Positions 43,606-51,889 of a stretch of DNA of 53,746 nt are shown here, one piece after another. The stretch's first letter is position 1. Each line of letters begins with the position of its first letter. The position numbers and the translations under genes were made by a program. The stretch is from contig JANWJT010000017.1 of the NCBI GenBank assembly GCA_025451755.1, positions 82,147 through 135,892 on the forward strand, written 5' to 3'. Under the pieces are notes generated by a model. The model had not been told where the DNA came from and made no database searches. It saw only the letters and a program-made list of their open reading frames with translations. Source of the DNA: Candidatus Microgenomates bacterium. Its GTDB lineage: Bacteria; Patescibacteriota; Microgenomatia; Levybacterales; UBA12049.

Positions 43606-45536
43606 AAAGCGCCAACACTAGCATAGATTCGTCTTTGCCCATGTCCTATGTTTTCCTGCTTTATTATCTTAAACCTTTTGAGCTTTCCTGTAAACTCAAC
43701 ATGAGGTCCTCCGCAGAATTCCTTAGAATAATCTCCTACAAAATATATTTTTACATCATTCTCATATTTTTCGTCAAAAAGTCCGATTGCTCCAATCTCT
43801 TTTGCTTTAGAAAGCGTCATTATTTCAAAATGTACAGACAAATTCTGTTCAATCTTCTCATTTACTATTTCCTCAACTTCTAAAATTTCTTCATCGGTTA
43901 ATTTTCTGTCATAAGAAAAATCAAACCGAATTCTCTCGCTTGTAATATTTGATCCTGTTTGGAAAACCTTATCTCCCAACACATCTCTTAACGCTTGGTG
44001 CAAAAGATGCGTTGCGGTATGTCCCATTACTGTTTTATCGCTATGATCTGCAAGCCCTCCCTGAAATTTCTTAGCTCCTCCAATGCGTGATTGTTCTTGA
44101 TGTTTTTTAAGCTTCTTTTCAAAAGATTCTATATCAACTAACAGTCTTTGATCTTGAGCAAGTTCTATTACCATCTCTATAGGAAATCCAGAAGACTGAT
44201 AAAGATCAAAAGCTTGTGGTCCAGAAATAGTAGCGCCACTTATAGCTGATTTTGGGAGATCAATCTCTTTTATCAGATTCGTATTTTTGCCTCTATAAAT
44301 ATTTCGAAATAATTCGCTCTTGTCTGGATCTTGCATTAGTTTTGAATATTTTTCTGGTTCTATTGGAGTTAAGTTAGAAATGATATCCTTAGAAACTTTT
44401 AATCCTTCTTGAATAACTTGATTGAATTTTTTTTCTTCTTCCGTGAATAATTCCATGATAGTTTTCTTACTATCAATTATTTGAGGATCTGAGTCGGAAT
44501 AATTATCAATTATTGCAGAAGCAATTTTAGCGGTAAATATCTCGGTAGCTCCTAGCTGTTTTCCATAACGGATTGCCCTTCTCAATAATCTTCTTAAAAC
44601 GTAGCCTTGTTCTTTGTTGGAAGGAGTAACACCGCTTCCGGAAATAAACACAGAGGCAATCAGATGATCAACAATAATTCGTATTGCTTTTACATTTTCT
44701 TTGTAAGATTTTCCAGTTGTCTTTTCTATTTCCGAAACTATTGGAGAAAAAAGAGAAGTTTTAAAAATATCCGCCTGATTTTCTATTGCCGCCAGAAGTC
44801 TTTCAAGTCCTCCTCCAAAATCAACATTCTTATTTGGTAAAGGTTTAAAGCCATCTTCAGTTTTTTGGTATTCCATGAATACCGAGTTTCCGATTTCTAA
44901 AAATCTTCCGCATTGGCAGTTTGGATTGCACTCTTCTCCAAATTTTTTATCGTGTACTGTTCCGAAATCATAAAAAACCTCACTGTCCGGTCCTCCTGGT
45001 TCTCCTTTTGGCATAGCTTCAGGAAGACCCGCGCGAGACCACCAATTTTTATCGGCACCATAGAAATAAATTTTTTCTTTTGGACTAAAACCTTCTTTTT
45101 TTAGAATTTCTGTCCAGATTTCTTCCGATTCGTTGTCACGCGGTATATTTTTGTACCCTTCAAAAACACTTACATAAAGTTTTTCTGGTGAAAGTCCTAT
45201 TGCCTTTGTTAAAAATTCCCAATACCAATTGATTTGTTCTTTTTTAAAATAATCTCCTAAAGACCAATTTCCAAGCATTCTGAAAAAAGTAGTGTGTCTG
45301 TTATCTCCGACTTCATCTATGTCTTGCGCACGAAAACAATTTTGTACATTAACTAGTTTTTTACCTTGTGGATGCTCTTCTCCTAAAAAAAATGGAACAA
45401 GTGGTTGCATGCCGCTTGATGTAAAAAGAGTTGTCGGATCATTTTGTGGAATAAGAGGAGAATTAGAGATTCTAGTATGTCCGCGTTTTTCAAAAAACTC
45501 TATATATTTTTCAATAATCTGCGAGGCTGTCAGCAT
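43602..45536 (-). CDS. alaS: Alanyl-tRNA synthetase (short; catalytic, tRNA-binding and editing domains, no C-Ala domain)
   Basis: FTSSGMQP, HTTFFRMLGNWS, editing motif HTATHLLHQAL and CGGPHV. The start is set at MLTASQII (45536) because the track's TTG start lies inside the promoter. Confidence 0.92.
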   Translation of the reverse strand: MLTASQIIEKYIEFFEKRGHTRISNSPLIPQNDPTTLFTSSGMQPLVPFFLGEEHPQGKKLVNVQNCFRAQDIDEVGDNRHTTFFRMLGNWSLGDYFKKEQINWYWEFLTKAIGLSPEKLYVSVFEGYKNIPRDNESEEIWTEILKKEGFSPKEKIYFYGADKNWWSRAGLPEAMPKGEPGGPDSEVFYDFGTVHDKKFGEECNPNCQCGRFLEIGNSVFMEYQKTEDGFKPLPNKNVDFGGGLERLLAAIENQADIFKTSLFSPIVSEIEKTTGKSYKENVKAIRIIVDHLIASVFISGSGVTPSNKEQGYVLRRLLRRAIRYGKQLGATEIFTAKIASAIIDNYSDSDPQIIDSKKTIMELFTEEEKKFNQVIQEGLKVSKDIISNLTPIEPEKYSKLMQDPDKSELFRNIYRGKNTNLIKEIDLPKSAISGATISGPQAFDLYQSSGFPIEMVIELAQDQRLLVDIESFEKKLKKHQEQSRIGGAKKFQGGLADHSDKTVMGHTATHLLHQALRDVLGDKVFQTGSNITSERIRFDFSYDRKLTDEEILEVEEIVNEKIEQNLSVHFEIMTLSKAKEIGAIGLFDEKYENDVKIYFVGDYSKEFCGGPHVEFTGKLKRFKIIKQENIGHGQRRIYASVGAL

Positions 45537-45543
45537 ATCTAAG

Positions 45544-45552
45544 ATTATAGCA
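45544..45552 (-). promoter_or_regulatory. Extended -10 (TGcTATAAT) for alaS, 7 nt before the ATG
   Basis: The minus strand reads aaaaTGcTATAATcttagatATG. Confidence 0.55.
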
Positions 45553-45581
45553 TTTTGAATCAATAAGGTTCCACATGCTCA

Positions 45582-45590
45582 TGGTATAAT
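45582..45590 (+). promoter_or_regulatory. Extended -10 (TGgTATAAT) for the first FKBP gene, 8 nt before the ATG
   Basis: The sequence reads ctcaTGgTATAATtgggaaaaATG. Confidence 0.55.
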
Positions 45591-45598
45591 TGGGAAAA

Positions 45599-46105
45599 AT
45601 GAACAACAAATATTTAATTGCATATGGATTTTTAATTCTTTTAGGAATCGGAATTTTTGTTACTTTAAATCAAAAAAAACCCACTAATCCTTTTGACAAT
45701 GCTCCGATTTCAATCCCCTCAACTGTTCCTACATCATCTGTAGTTACTCCTACTTTACCCGCTGAACCGACCTCTGTTGCAATAACAAAACTTACGATTG
45801 TAGATGCGCAGATAGGAACCGGATCACCTGCTGCTAGCGGGAATACTATTATGGTAAATTACACCGGAATGCTTGCCGACGGAAAAGTTTTTGACTCGTC
45901 AGTTGGAAAACAGCCACTTACTATTGTCATAGGAGCAGGAAAGGTAATTGCGGGATGGGATCAGGGAATTTTGGGAATGAGGGTTGGCGGAAAAAGAAGG
46001 TTAATAATTCCGCCCGATCTGGCTTATGGCGAGAAAGGGTTTGAGGGAGTAATTCCTCCTAATGCAATCCTGGTTTTCGACATAGAGCTTTTGGATGTAA
46101 AGTAG
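45599..46105 (+). CDS. FKBP-type peptidyl-prolyl cis-trans isomerase, membrane-anchored/secreted
   Basis: N-terminal TM helix plus the FKBP domain (VNYTGMLADGKVFDSS, GAGKVIAGWDQGILGMRVGGKRRLIIPPDLAYG, LVFDIELLDV). Confidence 0.9.
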   Translation: MNNKYLIAYGFLILLGIGIFVTLNQKKPTNPFDNAPISIPSTVPTSSVVTPTLPAEPTSVAITKLTIVDAQIGTGSPAASGNTIMVNYTGMLADGKVFDSSVGKQPLTIVIGAGKVIAGWDQGILGMRVGGKRRLIIPPDLAYGEKGFEGVIPPNAILVFDIELLDVK

Positions 46106-46144
46106 AAAACTTTTCTATAAAACTATTTCGTGTATAATATAAAA

Positions 46145-46603
46145 ATGGACAAAAGGTTCTTAGTAGCTGCGGGAATAGTTGCAGTTCTAATAATAGGAAT
46201 ATTTATTTTTATGAATTCAAACGACACAACAATAAAAGTAACGCAATCAGAATCTCTATCAAATTCTCCTGCGTCTTCTGTTGCCGAACTTAAGATAGAA
46301 GATTTAGTAGTAGGTACAGGAGCGCAGGTAAAAAGCGGAGATACAATTACAGCCCATTATACCGGAAAGCTCATGGATGGAACTCAATTTGACAGCTCTG
46401 TTGGTAAATCTCCTTTTACTACTCAAATTGGCGTAGGAAATGTAATTAAAGGGTGGGACGAAGGAATTGTAGGAATGAAGGTCGGCGGAAAAAGAAGACT
46501 TACAATTCCATCAGGTATGGGATACGGAGAGACTGGATCTCCTCCTGTAATTCCTCCAAACGCGTCTTTAATCTTCGACATAGAACTTCTGGAAGTAAAA
46601 TAA
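46145..46603 (+). CDS. FKBP-type peptidyl-prolyl cis-trans isomerase, membrane-anchored/secreted (paralog)
   Basis: Same domain as the neighbouring gene (AHYTGKLMDGTQFDSS, GVGNVIKGWDEGIVGMKVGGKRRLTIP, LIFDIELLEV). A TATAAT box lies 6 nt before the ATG at 46145. Confidence 0.9.
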   Translation: MDKRFLVAAGIVAVLIIGIFIFMNSNDTTIKVTQSESLSNSPASSVAELKIEDLVVGTGAQVKSGDTITAHYTGKLMDGTQFDSSVGKSPFTTQIGVGNVIKGWDEGIVGMKVGGKRRLTIPSGMGYGETGSPPVIPPNASLIFDIELLEVK

Positions 46604-47137
46604 TTAGGACTCTGGTTCTGGAGGAAGAAACTCTTCGCCATTTGATTCATCTTTTTTCTGATATTCGTCTGCTCTTAGCCATTGAACATAAGTACAACCT
46701 GTAGCAACTTTTTTCTCACTGTCCCAACCGCTTGTTGAGCATTTTTTCATTTTCTTTCCCGCAGCAGTTGTATAAAGTACAAGTTTTTTTCCGCATTGCG
46801 GACATTCTTCGTCAAGCTCCTCGGTTGTGCCATTTATCCATTCGACAAAATCACAACCCTCTGCTTTTTTTGTTTCCTTATTCCACGAGTTGGTTGAACA
46901 TTTCTTCATCTTTTTTCCAAATCGGGTTGTCATAAGAATTACAGGAGAACCGCACTTAGGACATTTTTCATCAAGAGTTTCGGGTTCGGGAACAAACCAT
47001 TTAATATAATCACAGCCCACGTTTTTTTTGGCCTCTGCATCCCAACTTCCGGTCGAACATCTCTGAAGCTTCTTGCCGGTAGAAGTTTCAGTTATTGGTG
47101 CAAGCGGCGATCCACACTTAGGGCATTTTTCTTCCAT
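46604..47137 (-). CDS. Protein of three tandem topoisomerase-type C4 zinc-ribbon repeats
   Basis: Three copies of CP(K/Q)CG..(15-17 aa)..KCST..W.......GC.(Y/F)(I/V).W, each about 55 aa. Confidence 0.55.
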   Translation of the reverse strand: MEEKCPKCGSPLAPITETSTGKKLQRCSTGSWDAEAKKNVGCDYIKWFVPEPETLDEKCPKCGSPVILMTTRFGKKMKKCSTNSWNKETKKAEGCDFVEWINGTTEELDEECPQCGKKLVLYTTAAGKKMKKCSTSGWDSEKKVATGCTYVQWLRADEYQKKDESNGEEFLPPEPES

Positions 47138-47193
47138 TAGGTTAATATACCAGATTTTTATAAAAAATACATGAGCTGTATACTATATATAGA

Positions 47194-47499
47194 GTGGTAG
47201 ATTTAAAAGTAAAAAGGTTAGAAACCTTAAAAGAAAAAACAATCGGACTAATAGGCCGTGAAAGTATAGCTCCTATTATTTTTGAAACACGTTTTGGAAT
47301 TCATACATTTGGTTTAAAACTTCCTATTGATGTTTTAATTTTAGACAATCAAAAAAAAGTAGCAGTTCTTAAAGAATCTCTTTCTCCAAATAGAATTTTT
47401 CTTTGGAGCCCCCGTTACAAAATTGTCCTCGAACTCCCCACAGGAACAATTAAAAAACACAATATTAAAAAAGGAACCCAAATCCAACCCAGTCCCTAA
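47194..47499 (+). CDS. DUF192-family protein
   Basis: KEKTIGLIGRES...FGIHTFGLKLPIDVLILDN..KV is DUF192-like. The start is GTG. Confidence 0.5.
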   Translation: MVDLKVKRLETLKEKTIGLIGRESIAPIIFETRFGIHTFGLKLPIDVLILDNQKKVAVLKESLSPNRIFLWSPRYKIVLELPTGTIKKHNIKKGTQIQPSP

Positions 47500-47550
47500 C
47501 TCCTCCATTCTCAAAAACTCAGGATTGAACACCAAATTATATATAAATTT

Positions 47551-47579
47551 TTGACAAAATTTTTAGAATCAAGTACCAT
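47551..47579 (+). promoter_or_regulatory. Promoter TTGACA-17-TACCAT, 6 nt before the ATG at 47586
   Basis: The hexamers and spacing are read directly from the sequence. Confidence 0.5.
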
Positions 47580-47585
47580 AAACCT

Positions 47586-48164
47586 ATGGTAAATGATGAA
47601 AACAATGCTCCTGTTAGCATATCTGGGGAAACTTCAATTCCTGAAATATCAAGCGAGGTAATGTCGATTCTTGGATTGACTCCTCAAATGATTGAAGAAA
47701 ATAATCGGATAAAACTTGCTGAACAGAAACTTATAGAGGATTTAGAAGAAGCGGGAGCTAAATATTATATGAGTGGTGAGCCCGGAGGACCTGATAATAA
47801 ATATACTTTTTCCGAAATTACAGTCGGTCAAATTAAAATCCCTGGGCTGGATCATGTTCCTAGTCAGATACCAGATTACTTGCTGACATATTTATGGGAT
47901 AGTGAGCAACACAGAATGGAACTTTTTCCTCACGAGAAGGACAGAAGTCATCTAGAAGCTTTTGTTAGAGGATTTGGAGACCAAGCGTTAGTTGATTGTA
48001 ATTGGCAAACAGCTGTTAATGCATTTGATGCAACCTCCAAAGATGGGATACTGAAAAATCAAACAGCAATAAATAAGCTGAAAGATAGGAAAGACGTTTC
48101 TGCCATAGTAGAAATTGGGAAGGCAATAACTACACGGACAAGTCAAGGGGCAAAATATATTTAA
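47586..48164 (+). CDS. Hypothetical protein
   Basis: 192-aa soluble ORF with no recognisable motif. Confidence 0.5.
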   Translation: MVNDENNAPVSISGETSIPEISSEVMSILGLTPQMIEENNRIKLAEQKLIEDLEEAGAKYYMSGEPGGPDNKYTFSEITVGQIKIPGLDHVPSQIPDYLLTYLWDSEQHRMELFPHEKDRSHLEAFVRGFGDQALVDCNWQTAVNAFDATSKDGILKNQTAINKLKDRKDVSAIVEIGKAITTRTSQGAKYI

Positions 48165-48167
48165 TCT

Positions 48168-48190
48168 TGACCTCAATTCCTCGGAGGTCA
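48168..48190 (+). terminator. Hairpin TGACCTC-aattcctcg-GAGGTCA 4 nt after the stop codon (possible terminator)
   Basis: Perfect 7-bp stem with a weak T-tract. Confidence 0.35.
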
Positions 48191-48268
48191 GTTGGTGAAT
48201 CTAGGAGATCATACAGTCTTACCTATCTCAATTTCATTTCTCAATCCTTTATACTATAATTATCTATT

Positions 48269-48895
48269 GTGAATATATTTTTAGATATCGAAACTATTCC
48301 TGCCGAGGAAGGCAATAAAAAGACTGCAATAGATCTAGTTCTAGAAAAACAAAAGAAGTATAAAGAGCCCGATACAAGCGAAAGTTACATGGACCAGCTC
48401 TACAGAGATACTGCAATCTCCGGAGATTTTGGAAGAATTTTTTGTATTGGCTATGCGCTAGAAGATGGTAAAGTAGAAATAATTTCCGGGGACGAAAAGA
48501 AGATACTTAAAGAGTGGTGGGAGGTTTCCGAACAGGCAAATTGTTTTATCGGTCATAATATTATGGATTTCGATCTTCGATTTATATTTAAAAGATCAGT
48601 AATAAATAAAATAAAGCCCTGCGCTAAACACTTAAATTTATCTTTTGCCAGATACCGAAATTTTCCAATTTTCGACACAATGAGAGAATGGGAAAAATGG
48701 AGCAATTCCTACATTACCCTCGACGCATTAGCAAAGGCTTTAAATTTGCCAACTTCAAAAGATGGAGGAATTAAGGGTTCTCAGGTTTACGATTTTTTCT
48801 TGTCTGGTAAATATAAAGAAATTTATGAATACTGCAAAAGAGATGTTGAGTTAGTAAGACAACTTTACAACAGGATGCTTTTTAGAGATAAGTAA
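48269..48895 (+). CDS. DnaQ-fold 3'-5' exonuclease related to the PolB exonuclease domain (DNA_pol_B_exo2-like)
   Basis: ExoI motif FLDIETIP, ExoII motif GHNIMDFDLRFI and ExoIII motif YCKRDVELV. The start is GTG, 8 nt after a TATAAT box. Confidence 0.65.
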   Translation: MNIFLDIETIPAEEGNKKTAIDLVLEKQKKYKEPDTSESYMDQLYRDTAISGDFGRIFCIGYALEDGKVEIISGDEKKILKEWWEVSEQANCFIGHNIMDFDLRFIFKRSVINKIKPCAKHLNLSFARYRNFPIFDTMREWEKWSNSYITLDALAKALNLPTSKDGGIKGSQVYDFFLSGKYKEIYEYCKRDVELVRQLYNRMLFRDK

Positions 48896-48934
48896 TTTGT
48901 TGCAAATACAAAATGTGTTGTTTATGATGGTTTT

Positions 48935-49333
48935 ATGGATAGTAAAACTTCTGGATATGCTTTTTTAAGCGCTGGCGTTTTTATAATGGTATTTTCGGTA
49001 GTTCTTGTAATTCTCGCATTTACAAATATAATCCATCCCACGTATTTCAGCGCTTCGACAAAAAGTACTCCTTCTCCGGTATCAAATATCGATTTAGATT
49101 CTTTAAATTCAACCGGCCAGCCCAATTTATCGGCTATTCTCCCAAGTCTTAATATAATTCCTCCTGGCGCACTGGATAACGCTCTAAATCTTTCTGCGCA
49201 CTTTTTGCTCATGACTTTTATTGGAGGATTTGGGCATAAGCTAGCAATGATAGGAGTAAATCTTATCCGTCCGATTGTAATTAAAACCGGAGATAAGATT
49301 ATTCCTACGGAAGATACGCCGCTTAAGTCATAA
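48935..49333 (+). CDS. Small membrane protein, unknown function
   Basis: 132 aa with two hydrophobic helices. A TATGAT box lies 6 nt before the ATG. It is preferred over the antisense ORF at 48922-49212. Confidence 0.45.
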   Translation: MDSKTSGYAFLSAGVFIMVFSVVLVILAFTNIIHPTYFSASTKSTPSPVSNIDLDSLNSTGQPNLSAILPSLNIIPPGALDNALNLSAHFLLMTFIGGFGHKLAMIGVNLIRPIVIKTGDKIIPTEDTPLKS

Positions 49334-49383
49334 ATTTCAATTGCCTCTTTACAAATGCGTTTTGTATGATAAAATCAGGAAGA

Positions 49384-50031
49384 ATGAATAACAAGGTTCT
49401 TCTTGCAATTGGCGCAGTAATCTTAATAGTAGTTTTGGGAGGAGCGGCATTTATAATGTCCAATAATTCTTCAAAGACTCCTGTTTCTACTCAACCTACG
49501 CAAAGCGAAAATCCCGCATCGTCTAATAATCAGAAATCCCTTAAAGATCTTATTGCATCAGGACAGGCTCAGAAATGCACTTTTAAAGATAAATCGGAGT
49601 CTGTTGATGTTGAAGGAACTACGTATATTGATAATGGAAAAATGAGAGGAGATTTCAATTCTTCTGTCGGAGGAAAAAGTATAATGATGCACATGATAGT
49701 AAGCGACAAGACAAGTTATACATGGATGGACGGTCAGACAACAGGATTCAAAATGGAGTTTGATCCAGAAAAAATGACGGCTCCAACAGGAAGCGACCAA
49801 AGCCAACAGTCAGTAGATGTAAATAAATTGATCGATTATAATTGCTCGGGCTGGAGCGTAGATAGCTCTGTTTTTACTCCTCCTGCAAATGTAAAGTTTA
49901 GCGAAATGGGTGCAATGACCATTCCTTCTGGTGTTCCAACAGGAGTAAGCGACTTAGACAAGTGTTCGGTTTGCAATTCTCTCCCGGCAGATGCAAAAGC
50001 ACAGTGTCGAAGTTCCCTCGAGTGCGATTAA
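49384..50031 (+). CDS. Secreted/anchored protein with a Cys-containing C-terminus, unknown function
   Basis: The start is trimmed to MNNKVLLAIGAVILIVVL, which has an AGGAAG Shine-Dalgarno sequence (the ATG at 49366 lies inside a TATGAT -10 box). It has a signal/anchor helix. Confidence 0.55.
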   Translation: MNNKVLLAIGAVILIVVLGGAAFIMSNNSSKTPVSTQPTQSENPASSNNQKSLKDLIASGQAQKCTFKDKSESVDVEGTTYIDNGKMRGDFNSSVGGKSIMMHMIVSDKTSYTWMDGQTTGFKMEFDPEKMTAPTGSDQSQQSVDVNKLIDYNCSGWSVDSSVFTPPANVKFSEMGAMTIPSGVPTGVSDLDKCSVCNSLPADAKAQCRSSLECD

Positions 50032-50045
50032 TTTTTTAATTCTTC

Positions 50046-50054
50046 TGATATAAT
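50046..50054 (+). promoter_or_regulatory. Extended -10 (TGaTATAAT) for tag, 7 nt before the ATG
   Basis: The sequence reads ttcTGaTATAATtttccgtATG. Confidence 0.5.
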
Positions 50055-50061
50055 TTTCCGT

Positions 50062-50622
50062 ATGTCAAGATGTAATTGGCCGGGCGATGATTCCCTTATG
50101 ATTAAATATCACGATGAGGAATGGGGAGCTCCGGTTCATAACGACAAACTTTTGTTTGAATACATGCTCCTAGATGCTTTTCAGGCAGGACTTTCTTGGC
50201 GGACAGTTTTGCATAAAAGAGAAAATTTTAGAAAAGCTTTTGATAATTTTAATCCAGAAAAGATTGCAAAATACGGAAAAGCTAAATATAAAAACCTTCT
50301 TAAAGACACTGGAATTATAAGAAACCGCGCCAAGATAAATGCTGCAATTATAAATGCAGAAAAATTTCTTGAAATACAAAAAGAATTTGGAAATTTTGAT
50401 AAATATATTTGGCAATTTGTCGGAGACAAACCAGTCATCAATAAATTCAAAAAATTATCCAGTATTCCTGCAAAAACTAAACAGTCCGATGATATGAGTA
50501 AGGATTTAAAAAAAAGAGGATTTAAATTTGTAGGGTCAACTATTTGTTATGCATTTATGCAAGCAGCGGGAATGGTTAACGATCATCTCGTAGATTGTTT
50601 TCGATACAAAAAACTAAGTTGA
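50062..50622 (+). CDS. tag: DNA-3-methyladenine glycosylase I
   Basis: RCNW...YHDEEWGAPVHNDKLLFE.L.L..FQAGLSW..VL.KRENFR.AF..F is typical Tag, with C-terminal zinc ligands (HLVDC). Confidence 0.9.
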   Translation: MSRCNWPGDDSLMIKYHDEEWGAPVHNDKLLFEYMLLDAFQAGLSWRTVLHKRENFRKAFDNFNPEKIAKYGKAKYKNLLKDTGIIRNRAKINAAIINAEKFLEIQKEFGNFDKYIWQFVGDKPVINKFKKLSSIPAKTKQSDDMSKDLKKRGFKFVGSTICYAFMQAAGMVNDHLVDCFRYKKLS

Positions 50623-50625
50623 TTA

Positions 50626-51810
50626 TTATCCGTTTCCGTTTTGAGTTGTATCTAATCTACTCTGACGTCTTGCAATAACCTTGTCTCTTATTTGTTTTTC
50701 AAAAATAGGCCTTGTTCTTTTCTTCTCTGCTTCAGTGTAGCTTGCTACAAGTGGTTCTATGACAGGTTTGGGAATAAAGGAATATTCATTAAGTGTTGCT
50801 CTAAGCATATTTTCTACTTCCGCTTCACTATAGCCAATTGTACTTACTATATTCTTGACATCTCGCGCCCTATCTCTCATTAGGTGTTGGGAAGGCATTC
50901 GAAAATGATATGCAACTCTTAGCACAGCTTTAGCTGCTTCCACTCTGTGCTCAGGACTTATACTGGCATAAGCTTCCATATAGTCTTCAAATCCTTCGCC
51001 ATGAAACTGCTCATCTGAACCAATTCTAGTTACAATCAAAGCGCTATTATGTGCGCCATGCTCTCTTAAAACTCTCGCTAGGGCATTATAATTTCCGTGT
51101 GTATTTCTCTCCTGTTTTCTTGCATATGCAACAATTTCTAAGTTTTTTTTGAAGGGTGGTTCCCAGGTTTGCATTTGAGTTAGATAATATTCTTTGTCCA
51201 GAACACTCTTTCTATCCCATCCGCCTGCATGCTCAAGTATAAACCCAAGAGCCTCGCTATGTTCAGTCTCTTCCAAGTCCCACTGACCGTATGCTCGCGA
51301 TAATCCTTTAACATGTATAAACATTCCTTTTGCTCCCGAAACAAAATATGGCACATCGTCTTCAATGACTTTAAATGCATGTATGGTATGTAGTTCAGCC
51401 GGTGGAATTAATCCTCTTTCTTTCGCTAGGTCTTCGGCTGTAATTGTCTCTACGGGAACAACGCCATATTGCCTTAGATCGTCTTGCCTTTTTCTTGTTG
51501 GAGGATCTTCGTTTGGACCAAGTCTCCTCTTTCCATAATACTCGATGCGATCACCACCAAAATAAACTCTTCTAAATGGCGGTAGTCTTTTATATCCTCT
51601 TCTTGTTTCCGTACCTTGATATATCGCTTCTGTTAAATCTCCCCATATTATATCTGTTTCTGTTATTTTGGCGGGATGGGTTTCTTCTGAAAATTCGGGG
51701 TCTTGGGTATAATCAAATTCTTGTATTTGTCGCTCAATGTCCCTGTCCATAGAAAGGGAGCTATCTTTGAAGCCTACAATTCCTGCTCTTGTTTCTGCTC
51801 CTGTACTCAT
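50626..51810 (-). CDS. Soluble diiron acyl-ACP desaturase-like protein (FA_desaturase_2-like) with an N-terminal extension
   Basis: [13 protein letters not shown] resembles [30 protein letters not shown] resembles [33 protein letters not shown] resembles AADEKRHE. Together these give two ExxH diiron motifs. Confidence 0.6.
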   Translation of the reverse strand: [394 protein letters not shown]

Positions 51811-51889
51811 GAGGTAATTTTACAATTATTCTTTTCTTATGTCTACTCTGGTCTTTTAGCCTCGGAATTGCTATAATATAATATAGTAT

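Noticed and set aside
48922-49212. 96-aa minus-strand ORF overlapping the 48935-49333 plus-strand ORF
   Set aside because: The plus-strand ORF has two clear TM helices and a TATGAT-N6-ATG start like other genes here. The minus ORF has no start context. This call remains only moderately confident.
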